Source of the DNA: Acidobacteriota bacterium
GTDB taxonomy: Bacteria; Acidobacteriota; UBA890; WLXD01
Direction of reading: 5' to 3'
DNA length: 64,000 bases
Assembly: GCA_963666055.2 (NCBI GenBank)
Contig: CAXWPH010000015.1
Span: forward strand, 96,001 to 160,000
Below are positions 1 to 11,191 of the stretch, piece after piece (positions within the stretch are counted from its first letter, which is position 1; each line of letters opens with the position of its first letter). The translations under genes and the position numbers were made by a program. The notes beneath the pieces are model-generated. The model was not told where the DNA came from and searched no databases. It was given only the letters and a program-made list of their open reading frames with translations.

Positions 1-2
1 TG

Positions 3-2192
3 GAGCACAGCTTCGGGGAGGTCGAGCTCGGTGCGGCGGTGCTGAGAAAGGTCACCGTCACCAACCACGCGCCACAGGATGTCGACATCTCGGCGATCCG
101 GATCACCGGGCGCGGCCGATCGCAGTTCGATCTGCCAGCACGCCGGGACGCGTGCTCGGGCGCGATCTTGGCGCCTCGGCAATCCTGTCGTTTTCGGGTC
201 GGCTTCGAGCCCACCGCGACCGGGCAGCAGCGAGCCAAGGCGGTGATCGACTCCAATGACCCCAACGGAAGCAAGATCCGAGTGAAGTTGCGCGGCACGG
301 CGGTGACCGATCTCCGTGCCGCCGGCGGCGTCAAGAACTCTTCGCGGAGCGGCCGGCAGCACCTGGGTGAGCTCGTGCTAGTCAACGGCAACATCCTGAC
401 GATGGACAGGGTCGACCGCGTCGTCTCGGGGGTCAGGATCGTCGACGGACACTTCGTGGAGGTCGGCGACGACGTCTCTGTCGGGGGCTCTGACGTCCAG
501 GTGATCGATCTCGGCGGCAGGACGGTGACCCCGGGGCTGATCGACACCCACATCCATTATTTCCGCGATGCGCATGTACCCGGACATCTCCTCTCGAGCA
601 TCGAGCGGGTCTTCACGATCCCGGACTTGCTCAGCGCGGTGACCGAGCGCGCTGTTACTGTGCCGGCCGGCGAGTTCATCACCGTTCTGGGCAGATTCAA
701 TCCGAGCCAGTTTGCCGAGAACCGGCTGCCGACGCTCGCCGAGCTCGACGGCGCCGCGCCGGGTCACCCCGTCTACCTGCAGACGGGCTTCGACGGTCCA
801 GCCGCGACCAACACTCCGGGGAAGGGGTACTTCGAAGCCCACGGCGTCGTCGTCGACTCAAGCGGCGTATTCAACAGAGGGCAGACTGATGCGCCTGTTC
901 AGGCTCTCTTCGATGAGTTCGCGAACGCCGATACCCTGCGGACGGTGGGAGAGTACATGCGATTCTCGGCCTCGCTGGGGCTGACGATGGTACAGAACTA
1001 CTCGGGGTGCGGCGGCTTCGGTCGGCTGCCGGCCGGCACCCGTTGCGAAGAGAACTTTCTCGACCTGTGGCAGAGACGAGCATTGCGGCTACGGATTGGC
1101 ACCTCCGTAGGAGGAACCGGCACTCAAACCGATGGAAGCGGCATCTATCAGGTTGTTCCGGATACGGAAGCTGCCTTGCAGGAGCTGGAGGATCTGGGAG
1201 GAGGCGACGACATGTTCGATTTCTCCGCAACCGGAGAGTTCGTGGTCGGCAACTTCGGCTCCACGAGCGCACCCTTCGAGGACGCCTACCGGCAGATCGC
1301 CGAGCGCGGCTGGTCGCTGCGCCAGCATTCGATCAGCCCGGCGGAGAACGAAGCCCACATCTCCGCTTTCGAGGCGGTCGACTCGGTCGTCCCCATCGCC
1401 GAGATGCGCTGGGCAGTCGAGCACGTATTCTCGATCGGCGCCGACCACACCCGCCGGCTCGGCCGGATAGGCGCCGGCGCGACGGTTCAGAACCAGCAGT
1501 ACCTGCTGGGAGGCAGCGGGCCCCCGTATCGAGACCTCCTCGACAGCGGCATCGCACTGTCGGCCGGCACCGACGCCGCGGCCATCAGTCCCATGAGTCC
1601 CTGGATCTCGCTCTACCACATGGTCACGGGGAGGGACTCGTCCGGAAGGGTGGTCAACGCCGGTCAGCAGATCACCAGGATGGAGGCGCTGCGGATCTAC
1701 ACGAGGGGCGGAGCCTGGCATACGTTCGAGGACGAGGAGGTGGGCTCGATCGAGGTCGGCAAGCTGGCCGACCTGGTGGTCTTGAGCGACGACTACCTGT
1801 CGGTCCCGGACCAGGAAATTCGCACCCTGTCGTCCGTCCTTACACTGGTCGGCGGGGCGACCGTCCACGCGGCGGCCGAGTTCGTCGCCGCCCAACCCAG
1901 AAAGCCCAAGAATCTCCGCGCGGTCGCCGTGGCACCCACCGAGGTCACCTTGCGCTGGGACGACCGATCGGACAACGAGGATTCGTTCGAGATCCAGATG
2001 CAGCCGCCGGGAAAGAGCTTCGGTATCGCCGCGATCGTGGGGGCTGACGTCGACGACGTGACGATCACCGACCTGACGCCGGCCACGACCTACAGGTTCC
2101 GGGTCCGCGCCCTAGCCGGCTCGGAGAAGTCCGGGTTCTCCAACAAGCTCAGCGTGGACGGCTCGCAGCGAAAGCGCTCTGCGCCTCGTTGA
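3..2192 (+). CDS. Amidohydrolase family 3 (YtcJ/NfdA-like) with N-terminal Ig-like (choice-of-anchor D/ASH-type) domain and C-terminal fibronectin type III domain; 5' end lies outside the window
   Basis: Frame is open from the window edge ([21 protein letters not shown]). Motifs: PGLIDTHIH (HxH), [19 protein letters not shown]. Ig-like segment [22 protein letters not shown]3 segment [25 protein letters not shown]...[13 protein letters not shown]. Confidence 0.85.
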   Translation, partial: EHSFGEVELGAAVLRKVTVTNHAPQDVDISAIRITGRGRSQFDLPARRDACSGAILAPRQSCRFRVGFEPTATGQQRAKAVIDSNDPNGSKIRVKLRGTAVTDLRAAGGVKNSSRSGRQHLGELVLVNGNILTMDRVDRVVSGVRIVDGHFVEVGDDVSVGGSDVQVIDLGGRTVTPGLIDTHIHYFRDAHVPGHLLSSIERVFTIPDLLSAVTERAVTVPAGEFITVLGRFNPSQFAENRLPTLAELDGAAPGHPVYLQTGFDGPAATNTPGKGYFEAHGVVVDSSGVFNRGQTDAPVQALFDEFANADTLRTVGEYMRFSASLGLTMVQNYSGCGGFGRLPAGTRCEENFLDLWQRRALRLRIGTSVGGTGTQTDGSGIYQVVPDTEAALQELEDLGGGDDMFDFSATGEFVVGNFGSTSAPFEDAYRQIAERGWSLRQHSISPAENEAHISAFEAVDSVVPIAEMRWAVEHVFSIGADHTRRLGRIGAGATVQNQQYLLGGSGPPYRDLLDSGIALSAGTDAAAISPMSPWISLYHMVTGRDSSGRVVNAGQQITRMEALRIYTRGGAWHTFEDEEVGSIEVGKLADLVVLSDDYLSVPDQEIRTLSSVLTLVGGATVHAAAEFVAAQPRKPKNLRAVAVAPTEVTLRWDDRSDNEDSFEIQMQPPGKSFGIAAIVGADVDDVTITDLTPATTYRFRVRALAGSEKSGFSNKLSVDGSQRKRSAPR

Positions 2193-2308
2193 CGCACCGG
2201 GCGATTTTCGGCCTCCCCAGCGCGAAGCTTTCGTCGCCGAAGTCGGCGCGTCCGATCGCGAACCCGGCGTGCGCAAACAACCCGGCCTTCGGGCCAGAGC
2301 CGCACAAG

Positions 2309-2520
2309 CTGTTCATGGATCAGCCGGTGCGCAATCTCTCCCTGGCGCAGCGCATGCGCTGCGAGCTGGCGGCGTCGCTGCTACACGGGCCGAAGGTGCT
2401 GTTCCTCGACGAGCCCACCATCGGGCTCGACGTGCAGGTGCAGAGGACGGTGCGTCGGTTCGTGAAGGAGTATCAGCGTCGCCATGAGGCGACGGTACAT
2501 GCTCACCAGCCACGACTTCC
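2309..2520 (+). pseudogene. Internal fragment of an ABC-2-type transporter ATP-binding subunit
   Basis: Signature-like [16 protein letters not shown], Walker [13 protein letters not shown], then a frameshift into the H-loop MLTSHD. No Walker A and no plausible start. Confidence 0.75.
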
Positions 2521-2580
2521 TGTCTCCAACGGCCGCTGCACGGTACCCTGCCGATCCTCAGCTGAACTATGGAGGCTCCG

Positions 2581-5500
2581 ATGCGTGCGCTCTCTATTGC
2601 CCTGCTGTTGGTCCTGCTCACCGGCCAGGCGCTGGTCCCGGCGGTTGGTGGCGCTATCGGCCCCCAAGAAGAGGACGACGCCGCCACCCTCGAAGACCTG
2701 CTGGGTGGGCTCTCCTGGCGCGCCATCGGCCCTGCTTTCATGGGTGGCCGCACGGTCGACCTGGCCGGGGTTCCGGGGCGTCCCAACATGCTCTACATGG
2801 CGACCGCTTCCGGCGGCCTATTCCGCACCGAGGATCGGGGCGTCACCTGGGAGTCGATCTTCGACGACGGTGGAACGTTGTCGCTCGGGGCAGTTGCGGT
2901 AGCGCCGTCAGACCCCAATGTCATCTACCTCGGCACCGGCGAGCACAACCCGCGCAACTCGACGTCGTTTGGCGACGGGGTGTATCGCTCCACCGACGGT
3001 GGCGACACCTGGACGCACATCGGCCTGCAGACTACCGAGCGCATCGCCCGCATCCGCGTGCATCCGGACAACCCCGACCACGTCTACGTCGGCGCGATGG
3101 GGCACGCCTGGGGAGCCCACCCGGACCGCGGCGTGTACCGCAGCCTCGACGGCGGCGAAACCTGGGACAAGGTCCTCTACGTCGACGAGACCACCGGCGT
3201 ATCCGACCTGGCGATAGACGCCACCAACCCCCGCATCCTGTACGCCGGCATGTGGGACTTCCTGCGCCAGCCGTGGAACTTCCGCTCGGGCGGCCTGGGC
3301 AGCGGCCTGTACATGAGTCGTGACGGTGGCGACAGCTGGACCGAGCTCACCGACGAGAAGCTCGACAACGGGCTGCCGACCGGCGTGCTCGGACGGATCG
3401 GCGTGGCGATCGCCGTCTCCGATCACGACGTGGTCTACGCCATGATCGAGTCGACTGACGGGGCCCTGTGGCGCAGCAGCGACGGCGGCGACTCCTGGGT
3501 ACACGTAAGCGACGACCGCGCCATCGCCTCGCGCCCCTTCTACTACAGCGACTTCCGCATCGATCCGTCCAACGAGAATCGCCGCTACATGGTGGGAGGG
3601 CGATTGAACCTGTCCACGGACGGGGGCGCACCTGGCGGCGTATCGGCACAACGCATCACGGCGACCACCAGTCGTTCTGGATCAACCCCGACGATCCGAT
3701 GATGGTGGTCGACGGCAACGACGGCGGCATCGCCTACTCCTACAACGGCGGTGAGACCTGGGAGCTGGTCAACAACCTGCCGCTGCAGCAGGTCTACCAG
3801 CTCGGCGCCGACATGCGCGACCCCTACTTCGTCTGCGCCGGCTTCCAAGACAACGACGCCTGGTGCGGGCCGAGCAACACGATGACCAGCACCGGCATCC
3901 TCGAGGCCGACTGGTACCACGTGCAGTACGGCGACGGCACCTATATCCAACCCGACCCCAGCGACCACAACATCGTCTACGCCGGCTCCCAGGGCGGGAG
4001 CATCCTGCGTATCGACCTGCGCACCAACGAGAACCGCTCCATCCGCCCCTACCCGTTCTCGGGCGGCGCCGTCAGCGAGCACCCCTACCGGTTCAACTGG
4101 AACTCGCCGATCCACATCTCGCCGCACGACCCGAAAGCCGTCTATCTGGGCGGCAACATACTGTTCCGCACCAACGACGGCGGCGATTCCTGGATTCAGA
4201 TCAGCCCCGACCTCACCACCAACGACGAGGAGAAGCAGCGCCCGTCGGGCGGCCCGATCACCCCCGACAACACCACCGCCGAGTACCACACGACGATCTA
4301 CACGATTGCCGAATCACCGGTTCAGGCCGGAGTGATCTGGGTGGGCACCGACGACGGCAACGTGCAAGTAACGCGCGACGATGGAGCCCTCTGGACCAAC
4401 GTCGTGGGCAACATCCCGGTACCACCGGAGTCTTGGGTGTCGCGCATCGAGGCCTCGCGGCGCGACGCGGGCACCGCCTACGCCGCCTTCGACCGACACC
4501 GCCTCGACGACTTCGCGCCGTATCTGTTCATGACCACCGACTTCGGCGACAGCTGGGCCGACATCGGCTCGAGCCTCCCCGACCCAGGCTACCTACACGT
4601 AGTGCGTGAAGACCCGCGCAACCCCGACCTGCTGTACGTCGGCACCGAGTTGGGCATCTTCGCCTCCTGGGGCCCGGGGCACGACGACTCGGAGATGCGC
4701 GCCTGGACCTCGCTGCGCCTCGGGCTGCCGCCGGTGGCGGTGCGGGACATCCTGATCCACCCGCTCGCCAACGACCTAATCATCGGCACACACGGGCGCT
4801 CGATCCTCATTCTCGACGACATCACGCCGCTGCAACAGCTCGTAGCGGTACTCCACGGCACTGGCGGAGCAACGGCCTCGGCGGAGGGCGGCACCGCGGC
4901 CGGGACCGATGCGGCCGCTGTTCACCTGTTCGACATGCCCACAGCGACGCGCTTTCAACCGTACACGCGCGAGCTGCGCGTCGACCTGGGCGACAAGGTC
5001 TTCATCGGCGAGAACCCGCCCTACGGCGCCGTGATCTCCTACTTCGTGCCGCCGGGGCTGGATCTGTCGGAACCCGGACTCGATGCGGAGGAAGGCGGCG
5101 GCGTTGCGGACGTTGCCGAGTCAGATAACGAAGCGGCCCCCGAGGAGCAGGCGTCCGGGGAGCCCGCTGAGGCGGACAGTGAGCCTGCGATCAAGATCGA
5201 GATCCAGTCCGCCGACGGCGAGGTTGTCCGCACTCTCGAGGCACCCGCCGAGACGGGGCTCAACCGCGTCGCCTGGAACCTGCGGCACCAGTCGGAGGAA
5301 GAGCAAGCAACGGCGACCACGTTCCCGGGGTCCGGACCAACCGCACCGCTGGTGATCCCGGGGACCTACCGGGTGGTCTTGAAGGCGGCGGGGACGGAGT
5401 CGGCGACCGAGCTCGTGGTGCGGATGGACGCGCGCATCGAGGTCTCGTTACAAGACCTCCGCGCGCAGCGCGACGCTCTGCTGCTCCTGGCCGACCTGCG

Positions 5501-5927
5501 CGCCCGATCGAAGAAGGGGATCGAGCGCATCGACGACCTCGTCGGGCAGCTGCAGTCGCTCGGCGATCGGATCGGCGACGCTGACGCCGACGCCGCGGGT
5601 GACCTTGCGAGCACTGCAGAGGATCTCTCCGTACGTCTCGATGAGATCAGGTCAGGAATCACCAGCCAGCCACGTGCAGACGCCGACAGCGGCCCCGCCA
5701 GGCCTTACATCGCTGGCCCCGAGATCCACCAGAAGCTACGCACGCTCGCCTCGGCCGTCGGCCGCGCCTCCGCCGCCCCGACGCAGACCCAGGCCGAGTG
5801 GATCGAGCAACTTGGCGCCGACCTCGAGGAGGCACTCGGCAGCCTCGAGACGCTAGTTCAGGAGGATCTCAGCGAGCTCAACCGCCGTATCCTCGAGGCC
5901 AACGTTCCGTTCATCCGGCAGCGCTGA
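2581..5927 (+). CDS. Secreted BNR/Asp-box (VPS10/sortilin-like) beta-propeller protein, split by one frameshift near 3622-3626
   Basis: Signal peptide, WRAIGP...GGR start, many S/T-x-D-x-G-x-T/S-W Asp-boxes across ORFs 2569-3702 and 3468-5927. Adding one G to the G5 run restores STDGGRTW. Confidence 0.85.
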
Positions 5928-5949
5928 GCTCCGACCCTCGTGGGGTTGG

Positions 5950-6450
5950 CTAATCTTCGGCCAGATCGCGCCGTGTGGGCGGCACGTGGCCCCGCTTGTA
6001 CACCATGATCGTGCGCTCGAACTCGATCACGGTGACGTTGTCCTGGTTGAAGCCGGTGGTCTTCACACGGACGATGCCGACGTTGGGTCGCGACTTGCTC
6101 TCGCGTTTCTCAAGAACCTCGGTGCGCGAGTAGATGGTGTCGTCCTCGAAAACCGGGTGCGGTAGCCGCACTTTGTCCCAGCCGAGGTTGGCCATGACGT
6201 TCTGGGAGATGTCGGTCACCGACTGACCAGTCACCAGCGCCAGCGTCAACGTCGAGTTAACGAGCGGCCGACCGAACTCGGTGCCCTTGGCGTACTCATG
6301 ATCGAAATGAAGCGGGTTGGTATTCATTGTCATCATGGTGAACCAGATATTGTCGGCGGTGGTAATCGTTCGGCCAAGCGGATGCGGGTAGACGTCGCCC
6401 ACCTCGAAGTCTTCGTAGACCCTCCCCTGCCAGCCTCGCTTGATCGCCAT
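5950..6450 (-). CDS. MaoC-family (R)-specific hydratase, itaconyl/mesaconyl-CoA hydratase-like
   Basis: GRVYEDFEVGD...GRTIT.ADN..FT..TMN.NPLHFD hot-dog motif and KRESKSRP. Co-oriented with a CoA-transferase and an acyl-CoA dehydrogenase. Confidence 0.8.
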   Translation of the reverse strand: MAIKRGWQGRVYEDFEVGDVYPHPLGRTITTADNIWFTMMTMNTNPLHFDHEYAKGTEFGRPLVNSTLTLALVTGQSVTDISQNVMANLGWDKVRLPHPVFEDDTIYSRTEVLEKRESKSRPNVGIVRVKTTGFNQDNVTVIEFERTIMVYKRGHVPPTRRDLAED

Positions 6451-6482
6451 GTCGTCGACTCCTGACGGTTGTTTCCAGGGAC

Positions 6483-7670
6483 TCAGATTACCCGCGCTTC
6501 GCGCAGCTCGGTGATTTGTTCAGCATCGAAGCCGAGCTCCTCGAGGATGGACTCGGAATGCTCGCCCACCTCCGGGATCGGCCCCAGAGCGGGCGCGTAA
6601 GCGGAGGTCGTCACCGGCGGCAGCAGGGCGCGCAGCTTTCCGGCCGCCGAGTCGACCTCGCACCAGCGATTCCGCGACTCGAGTTGTGGGTGGGCGAGGA
6701 ACTCTTCGACACGGTTCATTTTGGCATGCGCCAGGTTGGCGGCCTCGAGAGCCTGCTCGACGTCCTGGACGGTACGAGCCTGGAACACGTCCTCGATGAG
6801 CTCGGTGAGGGCTTCGACGTTGGCCACCCGCTGCGGGCCGCTCGCGTAGCGTGGGTCGGCGGCGAGCTGCGCATCGCCCAGCACGCGCTCGCAGAAACGT
6901 GACCACTCACGCTCGTTCTGAACCGCCAGAAATACCGCCTTGCCGTCGCCGCAGCGGAAGGGGCCGTAGGGGGCGATGGCCGCGTGCCGGGGGCCGCTGC
7001 GCCGCGGCGCCGATCCAGAGTAGGCGGTGTAGTAGAGCGGGAACCCCATCCATTCGGCGAGCGCGTCGAGCAGCGAGACCTCGAGCGCCGCACCTTCGCC
7101 CGTGCGGCCACGTGCGATCAACGCGGCGAGCACGCCGGAGTACGCGTACATGCCTGCTGCGATGTCGGCAACCGGGATCCCTACCTTGCTCGGTGTTTGC
7201 TGCGAGCCGGTGATCGACATCAGGCCGCTCTCGGCTTGCACCAAGAGGTCGTAGGCCTTGCGATTACCGTAGGGGCCGCTCGAGCCGTAGCCGGAAATGG
7301 TGCACACGATGATCTGCGGGTAGCGGTCCCGCAGCGCCGGCGCGTCGAGGCCGAGCCGTTCGGCGGCGCCGGGTCCAAGGTTGTGCAGGAACACATCGGC
7401 TTTCTCGAGCAAGCGCTCCAACACCGGGCGCGACCCGGGGCTCTTGAGATCGAGCGCCAGCGACTCCTTGGAGCGATTCAGCCAGACGAAATGACTAGAG
7501 AGCCCCTCGACAGCCGTATCATACGAGCGCGCGAAGTCGCCGCGCCCGGGTCGCTCGATCTTGATGATCCGCGCTCCGAGGTCGGCCAGGTGACGGCTGG
7601 CAAACGGTGCGGCGACCGCCTGCTCGACCGCAACCACGGTGATTCCGTCGAGCGGCCGGGCGCCGGACAC
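6483..7670 (-). CDS. CaiB/BaiF (family III) CoA-transferase, itaconate CoA-transferase-like
   Basis: PLDGITVVAVEQAVAAPFASRHLADLGARIIKIERP, NRSKESLALDLK, catalytic ADIAAG. Start moved to the GTG at 7670. Confidence 0.88.
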   Translation of the reverse strand: MSGARPLDGITVVAVEQAVAAPFASRHLADLGARIIKIERPGRGDFARSYDTAVEGLSSHFVWLNRSKESLALDLKSPGSRPVLERLLEKADVFLHNLGPGAAERLGLDAPALRDRYPQIIVCTISGYGSSGPYGNRKAYDLLVQAESGLMSITGSQQTPSKVGIPVADIAAGMYAYSGVLAALIARGRTGEGAALEVSLLDALAEWMGFPLYYTAYSGSAPRRSGPRHAAIAPYGPFRCGDGKAVFLAVQNEREWSRFCERVLGDAQLAADPRYASGPQRVANVEALTELIEDVFQARTVQDVEQALEAANLAHAKMNRVEEFLAHPQLESRNRWCEVDSAAGKLRALLPPVTTSAYAPALGPIPEVGEHSESILEELGFDAEQITELREARVI

Positions 7671-7683
7671 TACTGGCCTGCCA

Positions 7684-8847
7684 CTAGTACGACCTCGGTA
7701 GCCCGAGGACGTGCTCGCCGATGTACGCGAGGATGAGGTTCGTCGATACCGGAGCCACCTGATACAGCAGCGTCTCCCGATACTTGCGCTCGACGTCGAA
7801 CTCCTCGGCGAAGCCGAAGCCACCGTGGGTTTGTAAGGCCACCCGGCCGGCCTCGGCGGAAGCGTCGGCGGCCAGTAACTTCGCCATGTTGGCCTCGGCT
7901 CCGCAAGGCTCACCGCAGTCGAACAGCTTGGCGGCACAATAGCGCATCAGGTCGGCGGCCTCGAGATCGGCGTAGACGCGGGCAAGAGGAAACTGGATCC
8001 CCTGGTTCTGCCCGATGGGGCGGCCAAACACGACGCGCTCGCTCGCGTACCGGCACGAGCGCTCGACGAACCAGCGGGCGTCTCCGATGCACTCCGCGGC
8101 GATCAGGATGCGCTCGGCGTTCCAGCCATCGAGGATGTAGCGGAATCCCTTGTCCTGCTCGCCGACAAGCGCATCCAGCGGGACTTCCAGGTCATCGATG
8201 AACAGCTCGGTCGTCTGGTGGTTCATCATCGTGCGCAGGGGTCGAACCGTGATGCCCTTACCGATGGCTTCCCTGAGGTCGACGAGCAGCACCGACAGCC
8301 CGTCGGTGCGCTTGGCCACCTCTGTAGCGGGAGTGGTTCGCACCAGCAACAGCATGAGGTCCGAGTACTCGACCCGCGAGATGAATACCTTCTGCCCGTT
8401 GACCACATAACGGTCACCCTGGCGTACGGCGGTGGTTTTGAGCTGCGTCGTGTCGGAGCCCGTCGTCGGCTCGGTTACGCCGAACGCCTGCAGGCGGAGC
8501 GCGCCGCTGGCGATGTCGGGTAGGTACTTGGCCTTCTGAGCCTCTGAGCCGTGCCGCAGCAGCGTGCCCATGATGTACATCTGGGCGTGGCAGGCGGCGG
8601 CGTTGCCCCCGGAACGGTTCGTCTCCTCGAGGATGATGCTGGCCTCCAGCACCCCCAGGCCCGAGCCGCCATACTCTTCAGGAATCAGCGCCGCCAGCCA
8701 ACCACCTCGGGTAAGCGCAGCGACAAACTCCTCCGGGTACCTGAGCTCGGCATCGACCTGACGCCAGTACTCGTCGGGGTAGTCGCTGCAGAGCTCGCGA
8801 ACCGCTTGCCGGATCTGCTCTTGTTCGGAACTCAGGCGTTGTGCCAT
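7684..8847 (-). CDS. Acyl-CoA dehydrogenase
   Basis: FGVTEPTTGSD, NGQKVFIS, RVVFGRPIGQNQGIQF, HGGFGFAEEFDVERKYRE. Confidence 0.92.
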   Translation of the reverse strand: MAQRLSSEQEQIRQAVRELCSDYPDEYWRQVDAELRYPEEFVAALTRGGWLAALIPEEYGGSGLGVLEASIILEETNRSGGNAAACHAQMYIMGTLLRHGSEAQKAKYLPDIASGALRLQAFGVTEPTTGSDTTQLKTTAVRQGDRYVVNGQKVFISRVEYSDLMLLLVRTTPATEVAKRTDGLSVLLVDLREAIGKGITVRPLRTMMNHQTTELFIDDLEVPLDALVGEQDKGFRYILDGWNAERILIAAECIGDARWFVERSCRYASERVVFGRPIGQNQGIQFPLARVYADLEAADLMRYCAAKLFDCGEPCGAEANMAKLLAADASAEAGRVALQTHGGFGFAEEFDVERKYRETLLYQVAPVSTNLILAYIGEHVLGLPRSY

Positions 8848-8890
8848 CGGTCGGGGGTGGAGGCCGCCCTCGGTCCAGTCCGCGCGGCGG

Positions 8891-8903
8891 TGCTAATCTA
8901 GCA
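8891..8903. promoter_or_regulatory. Candidate bidirectional extended -10 promoter (TGCTAATCTAGCA)
   Basis: Plus strand reads TG-C-TAATCT and minus strand reads TG-C-TAGATT. It lies between the divergent acyl-CoA dehydrogenase and MmgE/PrpD genes. Confidence 0.5.
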
Positions 8904-8938
8904 GACTCTCGACCAAAGGAACGCGGAAGCAAGGGACG

Positions 8939-10291
8939 ATGGGCGCAGCCTCCCTGACCGAGCAGCTGGCGCGGCAGCTTGTGGGCACTAGGGAGCGCGG
9001 CATCCCCTCCGCTGCGGTCGCCATTGCGCCCACCTACGTGATCGATTGGCTGGGTTCGGTGCTGGCCGGCACTGCGACCGAGGCCGGCGGCATGCTCGTG
9101 GAACACGCCAGACAGCGCCCCGAGGCCGCGGCAAGCGTTCTGGGAACGGAGCTCCGACGCTCCCCGGAGGTAGCTGCTCTTGTAAACGGTGGGTTGTCAC
9201 ACATCGTCGAGATGGACGACCTTCACCGCGCCTCGGTGCTTCACCCGGGCACCGTGGTGATTCCGGCAGCGCTTGCCGCCGCCGAGACAACCGACGCCAG
9301 CGGTGGCGATTTCCTGGCGGCCGTCGTCGCCGGCTACGAGGTTGCGATCCGAATCGGTGAGGCGGTGGGCAAGCGCCACTACCACTACTTTCACAACACC
9401 GCCACATGCGGTGTGTTCGGCGCCGCAGCCGCGGCCGGCTGGCTGTTGGGTCTGGACGCAGATCAGATGGTCTGGGCGTTGGGTAACGCCGGCACGCAGG
9501 CTTGTGGCCTCTGGGAATTCAATGCCGACGGCGCCATGAGCAAGCATCTGCACGCCGGCCGCGCGGCGGCGGCCGGACTGGTTGCGGCGGAGCTTGGCGG
9601 CCGGGGGTTTACCGGCGCGAGACGGATCCTCGAAGGGGAGCGCGGCTTCTTCGCGGCCACGGCTCCAGACGCCGAGCCGGAGCGAGTGATCGAAGGGCTC
9701 GATAGCTGGGTCGATCATCCCCGAATCGAGGGTGTGTCGATCAAGCCGCACTCCAGCTGCCGCCACACACACGCCGGTATCGATGCGGCGCTCGACCTCC
9801 GCGCCGAGATCTCCGGACAGCAGCTAGACGCCATCGAAATCGGCACCTACCAGGCCTCCCTCGACCTGTGCGACAACCCGGAGCCGGTAGATCCCTACGC
9901 GGCAAAGTTCAGCTTGCAATACTGCATCGCCGCGGCGTTGACGTGGGGGCACGTATCTCCGGCGGATTTCAGCCCCGACTCGATTGCCGACCCCGCCGTG
10001 CGAGGCTTGCTCCCCAACATCTCGGTGGTTGCGGAGCCAGAGTTCGAGACCCTGTACCCGCGCCAATGGCCGGTGCGGTTGCGGGTGCGATCGACAGCGG
10101 GAGGCTCATGGGAACGACACGTGAGCTCGCCGAAGGGAGATCCGGAGAACCCTCTGTCTGACGGCGAGCTGGAGACGAAATTCCGGCAGCTTGCCGCCTC
10201 GGGTGGCCACGCGATCGACGCTAACGGCTTCTTGCAGTGGGTTCGGAGCCTCGATGCTGGCGGCGCGCTCACCCCGCCGCGCGCATCGTAG
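8939..10291 (+). CDS. MmgE/PrpD family protein
   Basis: SHIVEMDDLH...HPG, SKHLHAG, KPHSSCRHTH, AKFSLQYC, PKGDPENP. Confidence 0.9.
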   Translation: MGAASLTEQLARQLVGTRERGIPSAAVAIAPTYVIDWLGSVLAGTATEAGGMLVEHARQRPEAAASVLGTELRRSPEVAALVNGGLSHIVEMDDLHRASVLHPGTVVIPAALAAAETTDASGGDFLAAVVAGYEVAIRIGEAVGKRHYHYFHNTATCGVFGAAAAAGWLLGLDADQMVWALGNAGTQACGLWEFNADGAMSKHLHAGRAAAAGLVAAELGGRGFTGARRILEGERGFFAATAPDAEPERVIEGLDSWVDHPRIEGVSIKPHSSCRHTHAGIDAALDLRAEISGQQLDAIEIGTYQASLDLCDNPEPVDPYAAKFSLQYCIAAALTWGHVSPADFSPDSIADPAVRGLLPNISVVAEPEFETLYPRQWPVRLRVRSTAGGSWERHVSSPKGDPENPLSDGELETKFRQLAASGGHAIDANGFLQWVRSLDAGGALTPPRAS

Positions 10292-10306
10292 GCCGAGGCT
10301 TCGGTC

Positions 10307-11191
10307 TCAGGCGCTACCCAGTCCGAGCTCCTGGCGCGCCTGGTCGGGGTCGAGCACCTTCCCGCCAAGCTCCTCGATGATGCGCACCGCTTTCTCGACC
10401 AGCTCGCCGTTGCTGGCCAGCACGCCGCGGCTCAGGTAGAGGTTGTCTTCGAGGCCGACACGTACGTGGCCACCGAGGAGAATTGCCTGAGCGACCATCG
10501 GCATTTGTTGGCGACCGACACCGAACGCGAACCACTTGGAACCTGTCGGCAACTCGTTGCGCATCGCCAGCATCGACTCGGCGTCGGCGCCAGCGCCCCA
10601 CGCCAGCCCGAGACAGATCTGGAACACGGGGGGGTCATCCACCAGCCCTTGGTCTCGCAGGTACTTGGCGCAGCGGATCTGGCCGAGATCGAAGACCTCG
10701 AGCTCCGGCTTGACGCCGATCTGCTGGCAGCGCTCGGCCATGATCTCGAGGTTGGCGGTGGTGTTGATATATACCTCGTGCCCGAGGCCGAAGTTCATGC
10801 TGCCGCAATCGAGGCTGCAGATCTCGGGACGCAGCTCCTCGATGTGGGCCAGCCGCTCGAGCGGGCCGACGAGGTCGGTTCCGGGCCCGGGTACGGCCGG
10901 GTCGCCCTCGCCGGGAACGAAGTCGCCACCCATTCCCGAGGTCAAGTTGATGATCACTTCAGGGTTCCGTTCGCGCACCTGCTCGACGACCTCGCGGTAC
11001 AGATCGGTATTGCGGCTTCCTTTGCCGGTCGCGGGATCCCGCACGTGAACGTGCACCACGGCGGCGCCCGCATTCGCCGCCTCGATGCAGGCATCGACAA
11101 TCTGATCCGGGGTGACCGGCACGCCCGGGTGCTTGTCGAGTGTGTCACCGGCACCGGTAACGGCGCAGGTGACGATCACGCCACTACTCAT
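10307..11191 (-). CDS. cdhC: Beta-keto acid cleavage enzyme (BKACE/DUF849), 3-dehydrocarnitine cleavage enzyme-like
   Basis: [14 protein letters not shown] (Zn HxH), [20 protein letters not shown]. In an operon with carnitine dehydrogenase. Confidence 0.8.
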   Translation of the reverse strand: MSSGVIVTCAVTGAGDTLDKHPGVPVTPDQIVDACIEAANAGAAVVHVHVRDPATGKGSRNTDLYREVVEQVRERNPEVIINLTSGMGGDFVPGEGDPAVPGPGTDLVGPLERLAHIEELRPEICSLDCGSMNFGLGHEVYINTTANLEIMAERCQQIGVKPELEVFDLGQIRCAKYLRDQGLVDDPPVFQICLGLAWGAGADAESMLAMRNELPTGSKWFAFGVGRQQMPMVAQAILLGGHVRVGLEDNLYLSRGVLASNGELVEKAVRIIEELGGKVLDPDQARQELGLGSA

